A stretch of 64,000 nt of DNA from an uncultured delta proteobacterium (GTDB lineage: Bacteria; Myxococcota_A; Polyangia; Palsa-1104). Numbering within the stretch: position 1 is the stretch's first letter; each line of letters begins with the position of its first letter. The notes under the pieces are model-generated. The model did not search any database and was not told where the DNA came from. It worked only from the letters and a program-made list of their open reading frames with translations. The stretch is from contig CAWAWS010000016.1 in NCBI GenBank assembly GCA_963785725.1, forward strand, positions 224,001 to 288,000, given 5' to 3'. Below, one piece after another: positions 53,413-64,000 of this stretch. A program made the translations under genes and the position numbers.

Positions 53413-54961
53413 GGCGGCCCTCCTCCAGCACGTCGAGGATCGGGTTGACGTAATCGGCCGCCTTCTCGACGACGCCGGCCAAGCCGCGCCCGCCCTTCTC
53501 CGGCCGCTTGACGTCGGCGAAGGCGCCGCGACCGATGGCCGCGAACATGCCCTCGGCCTGCACCTCGCCGAGCAAGGTCTTGGCCTCGTCGAGCACGAGC
53601 TTGGCGCGCGCGACGATGCGACCCGCCGGATTCCAGATGATCTCTTCCGACAGGTGGCGCGCGGCGTTGAAGACGTACTCGGCGCCTTTGATCGCGCAGA
53701 AGCGATCTTGCAGGAGCGGCGTGTGAATCGACTCCGTCATCATGCCGAGCAGCTCGATCGACTGCTCGGTGGCGACGCCGACGAGATCGTACAGACCGTC
53801 GACGCGATGGCTCCAGAAGATGTCGCCCGATTTGTGCTTCGTCGACGGCATCCACTTGATCGGATGCTTCGGGAAGATCTGCCGCACCAGCTGCGCCTGC
53901 GCCATCTCCATCAAGAACGAGTCTTCGATCGACTTGTCGATCTCGAAGGCGTGGCCGAGGCCCATTTGCTCTTCGGGCAGGCCGGCGCGCAGGGCGAAGG
54001 CCTCGTTGATGAACTGCGAGGCGAAGACCGTGTGCGCCTTGTCGATGGCGTCGGCGGTCGTCAGGTAATTGTCCTCGCCGGTGTTGATGATGATGCCGGC
54101 GCGGGCGATCATGCGACGCGAGAAATATTGATCGCAGAGCGTGCGCCGCGGGTTGATGTCGCGAAACAGGATGCCGTACATGGCGTCGTTGAGCAGCATG
54201 TCGAGCCGCTCGACCGCGCCCAGATAGGCGATCTCCGGCATGCACAAGCCGGACGAGTAGTTCACCTGCATCAAGTAGCGCCCGAGCTTCTCCTGCTCGT
54301 CGTCGAGGGCGCTGCGCACGATCTTGAAGTTCTCCTGCGTCGCCCAGGTGCCGCCGAAGCCTTCGGTGGTCGCGCCGTAGGGCACGTAGTCGATGAGCGA
54401 CTGCGCGGTCGAGCGGATGACGGCGATGACGTCGGCGCCCGCCTGCGCCGCGGCGCGCGCTTGATCGGCGTCGTCGTAGATGTTGCCGGTGGCGACGATG
54501 ACGTACTTCCACGGAATGGGCCCGGTGCCGAGCCGCTCGCGATCGCTCTTGCGCTTGTCGCGCGCGCGGTCGATGCGCTCGATCGCCGCTTTGGTGTGCG
54601 GCGCGAGCGCGGCGTGCACGTCGGCGAGGCTCGGTCCGCCGGCGCCGGAGTCGACTTCGCTGCCGTAGGCGAGCGCTTCGGCGGCCTCTTGCGGATCGGC
54701 GGCGCCACGAGCGAGCGCTCGGCCGAGCCACCAGGCGATGCCGTGACCGAGGCCGCCCGAGGCCAAGTAACGGTCGACGCAGCTGTTGACGAGCGGCACG
54801 CCTTCGGCGTCGGCACCGTCGATGCCGTAGGCGCGCAGGACCGTGCGTTCGATGGAGACCGTGGTGTGAGCGTCGATGAAGCGCTGCACCCCGCCGGCGA
54901 TATCTCCGGCGAGGCGGCGACAGTCGTCGACAATCGCGTTATCGATGGGGAGCGGATGCAC
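53405..54961 (-). CDS. kamD: Lysine 5,6-aminomutase alpha subunit
   Basis: YVIVATGNIY, IRSTAQSLIDYVPYG, NYSSGLCMPEIA, NDAMYGILFRDIN, INTGEDNY. Confidence 0.95.
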   Translation of the reverse strand: MHPLPIDNAIVDDCRRLAGDIAGGVQRFIDAHTTVSIERTVLRAYGIDGADAEGVPLVNSCVDRYLASGGLGHGIAWWLGRALARGAADPQEAAEALAYGSEVDSGAGGPSLADVHAALAPHTKAAIERIDRARDKRKSDRERLGTGPIPWKYVIVATGNIYDDADQARAAAQAGADVIAVIRSTAQSLIDYVPYGATTEGFGGTWATQENFKIVRSALDDEQEKLGRYLMQVNYSSGLCMPEIAYLGAVERLDMLLNDAMYGILFRDINPRRTLCDQYFSRRMIARAGIIINTGEDNYLTTADAIDKAHTVFASQFINEAFALRAGLPEEQMGLGHAFEIDKSIEDSFLMEMAQAQLVRQIFPKHPIKWMPSTKHKSGDIFWSHRVDGLYDLVGVATEQSIELLGMMTESIHTPLLQDRFCAIKGAEYVFNAARHLSEEIIWNPAGRIVARAKLVLDEAKTLLGEVQAEGMFAAIGRGAFADVKRPEKGGRGLAGVVEKAADYVNPILDVLEEGRHV

Positions 54962-55017
54962 GAGCGCAATCTATCCTCGCCTTGCCGAAGACTCAACCTC
55001 GGCCACAATTTCCGACG

Positions 55018-55533
55018 ATGGACGTCTCTACGGCGCTGCCCTTACTGCGCGAGCACTATGGCAAGGTCAACGGCGAGAAGTTCGATCGCATCTTGCCGGC
55101 CGACTACGACATCGCCTTCAATCCGCTGTTACGCCGGCTGACGGGGCGCATCACGTACAGCCAGCGGCTCATCGAGATCTCGGCGTTTCACTTCCGCGAA
55201 TATGGCTTCGCCGACGCCGTGCAGACGCTCGAGCACGAGCTCTTGCATCTGTATTTGCACACGCTCGGCAAGCCGTCGGGGCACAACGCGCTGTTCAAGG
55301 CGGCGGCGCGCGATCTCGGCATTCGCGTGTTTCACGCCAACCCGTATCCGCAGAATCGCTCGCCGCGGCACCGCTATCTGTACGAGTGCCCGTCGTGCCG
55401 GCGCATGGTCTTTCGCAAGCGGCCGCAAGATCGCCACGCCATCGCCTGCGGCGTCTGCTGCCGCGAATTGGCGGGCGGCGTCTGGGATCCGCGCTTTACG
55501 CTGCAGCTCGTCGAGAAAGTGAAGCTGGCTTAG
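55018..55533 (+). CDS. SprT-like zinc metalloprotease
   Basis: TLEHELLH, GH..F, YECPSC..CGVC. Confidence 0.85.
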   Translation: MDVSTALPLLREHYGKVNGEKFDRILPADYDIAFNPLLRRLTGRITYSQRLIEISAFHFREYGFADAVQTLEHELLHLYLHTLGKPSGHNALFKAAARDLGIRVFHANPYPQNRSPRHRYLYECPSCRRMVFRKRPQDRHAIACGVCCRELAGGVWDPRFTLQLVEKVKLA

Positions 55534-55536
55534 CCG

Positions 55537-56370
55537 CTACGTCCGATTGCGCGGCAGGCCGAGCTCGTCGAAGCGCGACATCACCTGCTGCAGATCGTTC
55601 CACACTTCGCGCTTGGCCGACGGCGTGCGCAATAGGAACGCCGGATGGTACGTCGGCATGAGCGGGATGCCTTCGTACTCGCGCCAGGAGCCGCGCAGCC
55701 GCGAGATCGGCGCGTCCGAGCGCAACAGGCACTGCGCCGCGAACTTGCCGAGCGCGACGATCATGCGCGGGCGAATCGCCGCCAGCTGCTTCTTCAGGAA
55801 CGGCTCGCACTGCAAGATCTCGTCGGGCTCGGGGTTGCGATTGCCCGGCGGACGGCACTTCAAGATGTTGCAGATGTAGACGTCCGAGCGACCGAGCCCC
55901 ATCGCTTCGATCATCTTCGTGAGCAGCTGACCGGCGGCGCCGACGAACGGCTCGCCGGTGCGATCCTCGTCGGCGCCGGGCGCTTCGCCGACGAAGACGA
56001 GCGCGGCATCGGGGTTGCCGACGCCCCAGACGAGGTTGGTGCGTTTGGGGGCGAGCTTGCAGCGCTGGCAGTCGCCGAGCTCGTCGCGCGCGACCTGCAA
56101 CGCGGCCGCGCCGACGCCGAGCGCGCGCGGCTCGTAGACAATGCGTGGCGCCGGTGCCGACGCCGGCTCGCTTGGCCTGGCCGGGGCCGACGTCGGCGCC
56201 TCGGCCGCACGCCTCGTGGCGGCGACCGGCGCCGGCGCGACCGACGGCGGCGCCGGCGGCACACCGACGACGCCGCCGCGCTCGAGCCAGGCGACGTGCT
56301 CTTTGACCTGCCGGGTCAACGCCAGCAGCTCGGCGCGCGCGCTCGGCTGATTCGCGTCGTCGGCGCTCAC
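55537..56370 (-). CDS. udg: Uracil-DNA glycosylase family 4
   Basis: [32 protein letters not shown]. Confidence 0.93.
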   Translation of the reverse strand: MSADDANQPSARAELLALTRQVKEHVAWLERGGVVGVPPAPPSVAPAPVAATRRAAEAPTSAPARPSEPASAPAPRIVYEPRALGVGAAALQVARDELGDCQRCKLAPKRTNLVWGVGNPDAALVFVGEAPGADEDRTGEPFVGAAGQLLTKMIEAMGLGRSDVYICNILKCRPPGNRNPEPDEILQCEPFLKKQLAAIRPRMIVALGKFAAQCLLRSDAPISRLRGSWREYEGIPLMPTYHPAFLLRTPSAKREVWNDLQQVMSRFDELGLPRNRT

Positions 56371-57578
56371 GCCACGGCCTCGGTCGGTCCGAGGAGGCGC
56401 GCCGCGCGATCGAGGATGCGATCGGCCACTTCATCCTTCGTCAGCTGCGGCAACGACTCGACCGCGCCGTCACGCCCGACGATGAGGACGCGATTGGTGT
56501 CGGTGCCGAAGCCGCTGCCCGCCTCCGAGACGTCGTTGGCGACGATGAGATCGCAGCCTTTGGCGCGCAGCTTGGCCGTGGCGTGGCGCTCGACGTCTTC
56601 GGTCTCGGCCGCAAAGCCGACGACGACCGGCGCGCGGCCGGCCAGCTCGGCGAGAATGTCGGGATTGCGCGTCAGCAGGAGCGACGGCGCGTCCCCGAGC
56701 GCGTCCTTCTTCAGCTTGTGCGGCGCCACGTCCGCCGGTCGATAGTCGCCGACCGCCGCGGTCATGACGATGAGCGCCTGCCCCTCGGCGTGCGCCAGCG
56801 TCGCCTCGCGCATCTGCAGCGCGGTCTCGACGTCGACGCGCCTGACGCCCGGCGGGGTCGCCAGCGCGACCGGGCCGGCCACGAGCGTCACCTGCGCGCC
56901 CCGCCGCGCCGCCTGGCGGGCGATGGCGAAGCCCATCTTGCCCGTCGAGCGGTTACCCACGAAGCGCACGGGGTCGATGGGCTCGAACGTCGGTCCGGCG
57001 GTGACGAGCACGCGGCGCCCCTGCCAATCGCGGCGACCGAGCGCCTGCACGCAGGCGGCGGCGATGTCGGCCGCCTCCATCATGCGCCCCTGCCCGACCC
57101 AGCCGCAGGCCAGCTCGCCCGCATCGGGGCCGCACGTCGACACGCCGCGCTCGACGAGCACGCGCAGATTCGCCTGCGTCGCCGGGTGCTGCCACATGTT
57201 GACGTTCATCGCCGGCGCCAGCAGCAGCGGCGCGCGACAGGCCAGCGCCACCGTCGACAAGAGATCGTTCGCCAGCCCGTGCGCCAGCCGCGCGATGATG
57301 TCGGCCGTCGCCGGCGCAATGACGAGCAGCTCGGCCCAATCGGCCACTTGGATGTGCCCGATCGTCTGCTCCTGCGACAGATCGAACGTGTCCGTCGCAA
57401 CCGGCTGCTGCGACAGCGACTGCAAGGTCAACGGCGTGATGAACGCTTGCGCCGCCTCGGTCATGACCACGCGCACCGACGCGCCCAGCTTGACGAGCGC
57501 GCGCACCAGCTCCGCCGCTTTGTAGGCCGCGATGCCGCCCGCGACTCCGACGACGATGCGGCGCCCGTTCAGCTCCAT
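56367..57578 (-). CDS. coaBC: Phosphopantothenoylcysteine decarboxylase/ligase
   Basis: [45 protein letters not shown]. Confidence 0.97.
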   Translation of the reverse strand: MELNGRRIVVGVAGGIAAYKAAELVRALVKLGASVRVVMTEAAQAFITPLTLQSLSQQPVATDTFDLSQEQTIGHIQVADWAELLVIAPATADIIARLAHGLANDLLSTVALACRAPLLLAPAMNVNMWQHPATQANLRVLVERGVSTCGPDAGELACGWVGQGRMMEAADIAAACVQALGRRDWQGRRVLVTAGPTFEPIDPVRFVGNRSTGKMGFAIARQAARRGAQVTLVAGPVALATPPGVRRVDVETALQMREATLAHAEGQALIVMTAAVGDYRPADVAPHKLKKDALGDAPSLLLTRNPDILAELAGRAPVVVGFAAETEDVERHATAKLRAKGCDLIVANDVSEAGSGFGTDTNRVLIVGRDGAVESLPQLTKDEVADRILDRAARLLGPTEAVA

Positions 57579-57602
57579 ATGCCGAACCTAGCATCGGCGC
57601 GG

Positions 57603-58523
57603 TCAACGCGCGAGGCCCAAGCCGCCGCGCGCGACCACGAAGACGCGCCACGCGGGCGCGCCGACATCGCGGTCGAGCCCGCCGCCGGCGCCGGCGTCGA
57701 AGGCGACCCAGCGCGACGTCACGCGCAGCGCGCCGCGCAGCTCGGCCGGCCGCGTGTACGTGAACTCACCGACGGCGCCTTCGGCTTCGAGGACGGCGGC
57801 CAAGCCCGCGCGCGGCCGCGTCACGATCGCCACCGCCGCCGCCGCGCCCCAGGTCAGCTCGTCGCCGAATTTGGTGGTGAGCAGCGTGCGATCGGGCGCG
57901 AAGCGCACGCCCAACGTCGCGCCCAAGGTCAAGCGGCCGCTGCGCCAGTCGACGACCAGGCGCGGCTCGATCGTCGCGCCCGCCGTCGCCGCGAAGTCGT
58001 GCTGGCCCGACGCCGGCGCCGTCAGCTGCAGCTGCAGCGCCGCGTGGAAGCCGTCGGCCGCGGGGTTGCCGGCCAAGAGCGCCTTCACCCGCAGGCGCAC
58101 GTCGCCCGCCGCCGCCGCCGCCAGCGGCGTGTCGTCGACGCCGAGGCCGCGCAGCCGATCGCCGTCTTGGAACAGCACGACCGGCATGCCGATCGCCACC
58201 GCCAGCCGCTTCCAGATGCCGAACTCGAGGCCGACATCGAGCACCAGCGCGTCCTTCACCGGGTAGGTCACGATCCCGGTCGCCGGCGAGAGCCGAATCG
58301 GATCGCGGCCGAGATCGAGCGCGACCACCCACGACACGGCGCCGGCGGCGGTCGTGGGCGCGCCTTCGATGCCGACGAACGAGCCCGGCCCGACGGCGGG
58401 CGTGAAGCGATCGGCGACGATGCCGGTCGAGGTCGTCGCGGTCGTCGACGGCGGCGTCGTTTGCGCGCGGACGCTCGCTGACGCCGCGCACAAAAGCAGC
58501 GCCACCGCCAGCGCGCGCGTCAT
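57603..58523 (-). CDS. Secreted putative outer-membrane beta-barrel protein
   Basis: Signal peptide; GDVRL..K and amphipathic strands like myxobacterial OmpA-associated barrels. Confidence 0.6.
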   Translation of the reverse strand: MTRALAVALLLCAASASVRAQTTPPSTTATTSTGIVADRFTPAVGPGSFVGIEGAPTTAAGAVSWVVALDLGRDPIRLSPATGIVTYPVKDALVLDVGLEFGIWKRLAVAIGMPVVLFQDGDRLRGLGVDDTPLAAAAAGDVRLRVKALLAGNPAADGFHAALQLQLTAPASGQHDFAATAGATIEPRLVVDWRSGRLTLGATLGVRFAPDRTLLTTKFGDELTWGAAAAVAIVTRPRAGLAAVLEAEGAVGEFTYTRPAELRGALRVTSRWVAFDAGAGGGLDRDVGAPAWRVFVVARGGLGLAR

Positions 58524-59149
58524 CCGTCCTTGTAGATCTTGTCGGCGGCGACGTGCTGATAGCGCAGCGCCTTCAAGTGCAGGCGCAACAGGTGAAACAG
58601 CAGCTCGGCCCGCGATTCACCGGCTTTGCGCGCCAGCTCCGCGTGTCGCTTGAGCTCGGGTCGTGCCTCGCGCGGGTGAAACTGAAAGGCGCGCGTGAAC
58701 AGAATCTGCGGCGGCGTCACCGGGTTGGCCACGAGCCGCACTTCCAAGATCTCGCTCGGCTCGACGCCCGGCAGCCGCCGCCGCTCGGTGACCGAGAAGG
58801 CGCCGCCACCGACGAGATCGTCGAGCAGAATCTCGCCCTCACGCACCTCGCGCACTTCGAACAGCGAGCGATGCGTGGTCGCCAGCGCGTGCACCCACGC
58901 GCGGTCGAGCTCGTCGAGCGGCTTGTCGGCGTGGGCCTCGGTCAGAAAGCGCGTGGCCGGCAATTTGCCGTCGCTGGCCGGCCGTTCGAGCGCGTACCAC
59001 TCGAGGAACGCCGTCGTCCGCTCTTCGTAGAGCGCGTCGTCGTGAAAGACGCGGCCGGCCTTCTCCGCCCACTCCTCGCGCGCCCGCACCAGCTCGGCCT
59101 CGTCGCGCGCCGCGAAGGCGATGACGCGGTCGAGCATGTCGGCGAGCAT
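58520..59149 (-). CDS. Conserved hypothetical protein
   Basis: FLEWYALER, SLFEV, FHP; coupled to carA. Confidence 0.75.
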   Translation of the reverse strand: MLADMLDRVIAFAARDEAELVRAREEWAEKAGRVFHDDALYEERTTAFLEWYALERPASDGKLPATRFLTEAHADKPLDELDRAWVHALATTHRSLFEVREVREGEILLDDLVGGGAFSVTERRRLPGVEPSEILEVRLVANPVTPPQILFTRAFQFHPREARPELKRHAELARKAGESRAELLFHLLRLHLKALRYQHVAADKIYKDG

Positions 59150-60307
59150 CAGCCGGTCCGCTGGCGGTCGATCATCGCCAGGAAGCGATCGAACAGGTAC
59201 GACGCGTCGTGCGGCCCGGGCGAGGCCTCGGGGTGGTACTGCACGCTGAAGGCCGGCTTGTCGGCCAAGCGCATGCCCTCGACGGTGTTATCGTTGAGGT
59301 TGACGTGCGTCAGCTCGGCCTTGCCGCGCAAAGAGTCGACGTCGACGGCAAAGCCGTGGTTCTGCGACGTGATCTCGACCTTGCGCGTGCCCAAGTCCAT
59401 GACCGGGCAGTTGGCGCCGTGGTGGCCGAACTTGAGCTTGTAGGTGCTGCCGCCGAGCGCGAGGCCGAGGATCTGATGGCCCAAGCAGATGCCGAAGAGC
59501 GGCACCTTGTGCTCGACGATGGTGCGGCACGCGTCGACGGCGTAGGTGACCGCGGCCGGATCGCCGGGCCCGTTCGACAGAAAGACGCCGTCGGGGCGCA
59601 GCGCCAGCGCCTCGGCCGCCGGCGTCGTCGCCGGGACGACGGTGACGCGGCAGCCGGAGTCGACGAGCATGCGCAGGATGTTGCGCTTGATGCCGAAGTC
59701 GTAGGCGACGATGTGCTTCTCGGCTTGCCGCCGCTGCGACGCGTCCTGCGCGTGCCGCCAGCTGCCTTCGGCCCACGGATAGGTCGCCGCCGACGTGACC
59801 TCGCGGACGAGGTCGCGCCCTTCCAAGCCGGGCGAGCGGCGCACGCGCTCGATGAGCGCCGCGTCCGACAACTTATCGACGGGCGTCGACGGTGATGATG
59901 CCGCGCATCGCGCCTTGGTCGCGCAACTTCTGCGTCAGCGCGCGCGTGTCGACGCCGGCGATGCCGGGCACGCCCGCCTCGGCCAGCACCTTGTCGAGGT
60001 CGACCGTCGCGCGCCAGTTGCTGACGACCGGCGACAGCGCGCGCACGACGAAGCCGGACAGCCAGGCGCGGCTCGACTCGAGATCCTCGAGGTTCCAGCC
60101 GACGTTGCCGATCTCGGGCGCCGTCATGACGACGATCTGCCCGCGATACGACGGATCGGTGATGACCTCTTGGTAGCCGGTCAGCGCCGTGTTGAACACG
60201 ACCTCGCCGGCGCCGCCGTCGCCATGGTCGATGGCGACGCGGGCGCCGAACGCGGTGCCGTGAACGACGGTGCCGTCTTCGAGCGCCAGTCGCGCGCGAT
60301 CAGCCAT
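59149..60307 (-). CDS. carA: Carbamoyl-phosphate synthase small subunit (frameshift near 59875)
   Basis: [43 protein letters not shown]. Confidence 0.95.
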
Positions 60308-61625
60308 GCGCGTCCTCCTCGTGGACCAGCTTGCCGGCGACGAACGTGTGGGTGACGCGCCCGCGCAATTCCCAGCCGCGGAACGGCGAATTGCGCGACT
60401 TGGAGCGCCAGCGCGTGGGATCGACTGTGTAGATCGTGTTCACATCCAAGATGGCGACGTCGGCGGGCGCGCCTTTGGCGAGCGTCCCTGCGCGCAGGCC
60501 GAAGATCCGCGCCGCGCCGCTGGTCATGCGCCGAATCAGCGTCGGCAAGGTCAGCAGCTTCTCGTCGACGAGCTTCAGGCCGAGGCCGAGCGCCGTCTCG
60601 AGGCCGATCATGCCGAAGGCCGCTTGATCGAACTCGACGTCCTTCTCTTGCGCGGCGTGCGGCGCGTGATCGGTCGCGATGCAGTCGATCGTGCCGTCGG
60701 CGAGCGCCTCGCGTACGGCCTGGCGGTCGGCTTCGCCGCGCAACGGCGGCGCGCACTTGGTCGCCGTGTCGTACGAGCAGCACGCGACGTCGGTCAGCGT
60801 CAGATGATGCGGCGTCACTTCCGCCGTCACCGGCAAGCCTTGCGCCTTGGCGCGCCGCACCGCCGCCACCGCCGCCGCCGTCGAGATGTGCGCCACGTGA
60901 TAGCGCGCGCCCGTCCAGGCGACCAGCTCGAGATCGCGCGCCACCATCACCGACTCGGCCATCGGCGGCTGACCGCGCAGGCCGGCGCGCGTCGACGCCG
61001 GCCCTTCGTTCATGACGCCGCCCTGCGCCAGCTGCTTGTCCTCGGCGTGCTGCACGACGGTGAGCCCGAACGTGCGCGCATATTCGAGCGCGCGGCGCAT
61101 GAGATCGGCGTTCATAACCGGCATGCCGTCGTCGGACACGGCGATGATGCCCGCGTCCTTCATCTCGCCCATCTCCGCCAGCGACTCGCCTTTGAGCCCC
61201 TTGGAAATCGCGCCCACCGGCAACACGCGCACGACCGAAGCCTCCCGCGCCCGCCGCACGATCAAGTCGGTCACCGCGCGGTTGTCGTTGGGCGGATTCG
61301 TGTTCGGCATGCAGCAGACGGTCGTGAAACCGCCCGCGGCCGCCGCGCGCGCGCCCGACGCCAGGTCCTCTTTGTACTCGTGACCGGGCTCGCGAAAGTG
61401 GACGTGCAGATCGACGAAGCCGGGCACGACGACGCGACCGGCGCAATCGATGACGCGCGCGCCTTCGCGGTGTGCGCCATTTTCGACGGCGGTTATGACG
61501 CCGTCCTCGATCAATAGGTCGGTCGTGCGGTCGAGATCGGCGGCGGGGTCGATGACTCGCCCGCCCTTCAAAACGAGTGCCTGCGGCACGGGCAATGGTG
61601 TAGCGACTCGCGGACGAAACTGCAA
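60300..61625 (-). CDS. pyrC: Dihydroorotase (start uncertain, may be up to about 40 nt downstream)
   Basis: DLHVHFREPG, MPNT, EVTPHH, IATDHAPH, SRNSPF. Confidence 0.95.
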   Translation of the reverse strand: MQFRPRVATPLPVPQALVLKGGRVIDPAADLDRTTDLLIEDGVITAVENGAHREGARVIDCAGRVVVPGFVDLHVHFREPGHEYKEDLASGARAAAAGGFTTVCCMPNTNPPNDNRAVTDLIVRRAREASVVRVLPVGAISKGLKGESLAEMGEMKDAGIIAVSDDGMPVMNADLMRRALEYARTFGLTVVQHAEDKQLAQGGVMNEGPASTRAGLRGQPPMAESVMVARDLELVAWTGARYHVAHISTAAAVAAVRRAKAQGLPVTAEVTPHHLTLTDVACCSYDTATKCAPPLRGEADRQAVREALADGTIDCIATDHAPHAAQEKDVEFDQAAFGMIGLETALGLGLKLVDEKLLTLPTLIRRMTSGAARIFGLRAGTLAKGAPADVAILDVNTIYTVDPTRWRSKSRNSPFRGWELRGRVTHTFVAGKLVHEEDAHG

Positions 61626-61655
61626 GCGCCTAACGCAGCGCGCGGTTATTCGCGA

Positions 61656-62381
61656 CTATTCGACGCGAACGACGGCCGGACCGAGCGCGCGCACCAGATC
61701 TTCGCAGGCGGCGGCGACGGCCGTCGCGTCCTTGCCTTCCAGCGTCAGCTTCACCTTATAGTCGGGCGCGCTGAACGTCGGATAGCTGCCGACGGCCACG
61801 GCGCCATAGCGGGCGACGATGCGATCGAGCTCGCCGGCGATGAGCCCCTCTTCCGACGTCGTGTAGACGTTGCGCAAGATATAGGGCGCTTCGCGAAAGC
61901 GTTCTTTGATCGAGTCGAACTTGCGGCGGAAGAGCTCGGGGACGCCGGGCAAAATATGGACGTTGCGCATGGCGATGACGGGCCAACCAGGGCCGCCTTC
62001 GCCGATGACGAAGTGGGCGCCTTCGGGCACGTCGGCCATGCGCAGGTCGCGCTCGCGCAGCCGCTCGCCGTAGTGGCCGCGCAGCATCTGCTCGAGCAGC
62101 GGGTGGCGGATCACCTTGCCGGCGAAGGCGCGCGCGACGCCTTCCATCGTCAGATCGTCGTGCGTGGGACCGACGCCGCCCGACGTGAACACGAGATCGT
62201 AGCGCGCGGAGAAGTCGGCGACGGTGGCGGCGATCTCGTCGAGCACGTCGGGGATGACGGTGATGCGCCGCAAGGCCACGCCCAGCTTGCGCAGCTCGTC
62301 GACGGCGTGGCGCGCATTTTCATCCTGCACCTTGCCCGAGAGGATCTCGTCGCCGATGAGGATGATGCCCGCGGTGGACAT
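61656..62381 (-). CDS. CinA-N/molybdopterin-binding domain protein
   Basis: IGDEILSG..D.N, SGGVGPTHDD.T, LPGVP, GSYP. Confidence 0.88.
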   Translation of the reverse strand: MSTAGIILIGDEILSGKVQDENARHAVDELRKLGVALRRITVIPDVLDEIAATVADFSARYDLVFTSGGVGPTHDDLTMEGVARAFAGKVIRHPLLEQMLRGHYGERLRERDLRMADVPEGAHFVIGEGGPGWPVIAMRNVHILPGVPELFRRKFDSIKERFREAPYILRNVYTTSEEGLIAGELDRIVARYGAVAVGSYPTFSAPDYKVKLTLEGKDATAVAAACEDLVRALGPAVVRVE

Positions 62382-62500
62382 GGCGGGGGCAGTGTAGTAC
62401 CAAAGTCCGCCGTGAGCGAGCGCCAGCGAGCGAACGTGAGCGTGGCCCGTCGGGCCCGCGGATCAATTTACGAGCGCCAGCCCGTAGCGAGCCCGCGGCC

Positions 62501-63066
62501 ATGAGCGAGCGCGACGGTTCTCTCGAGGAGCTGCGCGAGCTGCTCGATTCCGCCGGCATCGGCCGCGCGCTCAAGCGCATCGCGCACGAGATCGTCGAGC
62601 GCAACGCGGCGGCGGGCGCGGTGCTGCTCGTCGGCATTCGCACGGCGGGCGTGCCGCTGGCCGAACGCTTGGCGGCGATCGTCAACGCCACCGGCGAGCT
62701 GACGGCCGAGCTGGGCGCCATCGACATCACGCTCTACCGCGACGATGTCTTCGAAGGGCTGCCCAAGCCGGAGGTCGGCTCCAGCGAATTCCCCGGCCAC
62801 ACCATCGCCGGCAAGACCATCATCCTCGTCGACGACGTGCTCTACACCGGCCGCACCATTCGCGCCGCGCTCGACGCGCTCATGGATTACGGCCGGCCGC
62901 GCGCGGTGCAGCTGGCCGTGCTCGTCGACCGCGGCCATCGCGAGCTGCCGATTCAGCCCGATTACGTGGGCTCGAAGGTGGAGACCACGCGGCAGCAGTC
63001 GGTGAAGGTGATCCTCGACGGACGCGATCGCGCCGTGTTGCGACAGCGCAAAGCCGAGGGCAAACG

Positions 63067-63070
<4 letters not shown>
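62501..63070 (+). CDS. pyrR: Bifunctional pyrimidine regulator/uracil phosphoribosyltransferase
   Basis: [37 protein letters not shown]. Confidence 0.95.
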
Positions 63071-63996
<926 letters not shown>

Positions 63997-64000
63997 TTCT

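Noticed and set aside
62382..62500. PyrR-binding attenuator upstream of pyrR
   Set aside because: No AGUCCAGAGAGGC-like PyrR loop or U-tailed terminator was seen.

Overview
High-GC (roughly 70%, estimated by eye) bacterial DNA whose gene content points to Myxococcota/Polyangia (MXAN_5187-like, AgmX/PglI-like, DUF6178-like, GldAFG-DUF4340, sigma54 promoters). Most of the window is housekeeping: glmM-cdaR-cdaA-folP-ftsH-tilS, rnc, mnmA, rlmD, iscS-like, nadD, kamDE, udg, coaBC, carA, pyrC, pyrR, pyrB. About a dozen single-base frameshifts, several in normally essential genes, look like long-read assembly errors. The standout is a tightly coupled minus-strand operon at about 44.4-51.4 kb resembling the Bacillus sporulation-delaying (SDP) peptide-toxin system, but with an unusual architecture. 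It has two lipoprotein SdpC-like precursors, then SdpA, SdpB, a lipoprotein alpha/beta-hydrolase, a DUF1648/SdpI-like membrane protein and a second HTTM enzyme with a fused SdpA-like domain. The two precursors share a nucleotide-identical 48-bp cassette (GVHADDYCATCVEDGG), followed by Asp/Gly-rich spacers and two very different hydrophobic cores. A sigma54-type promoter and a candidate enhancer lie upstream. A second unusual locus (36.8-43.1 kb) encodes two hydrazine-synthase-alpha-like c-type cytochrome lipoproteins, one with non-canonical CX4CH/CX6CH motifs. No rRNA, tRNA, CRISPR array or mobile element was recognised. All family assignments come from motif recognition by eye, not from database searches.
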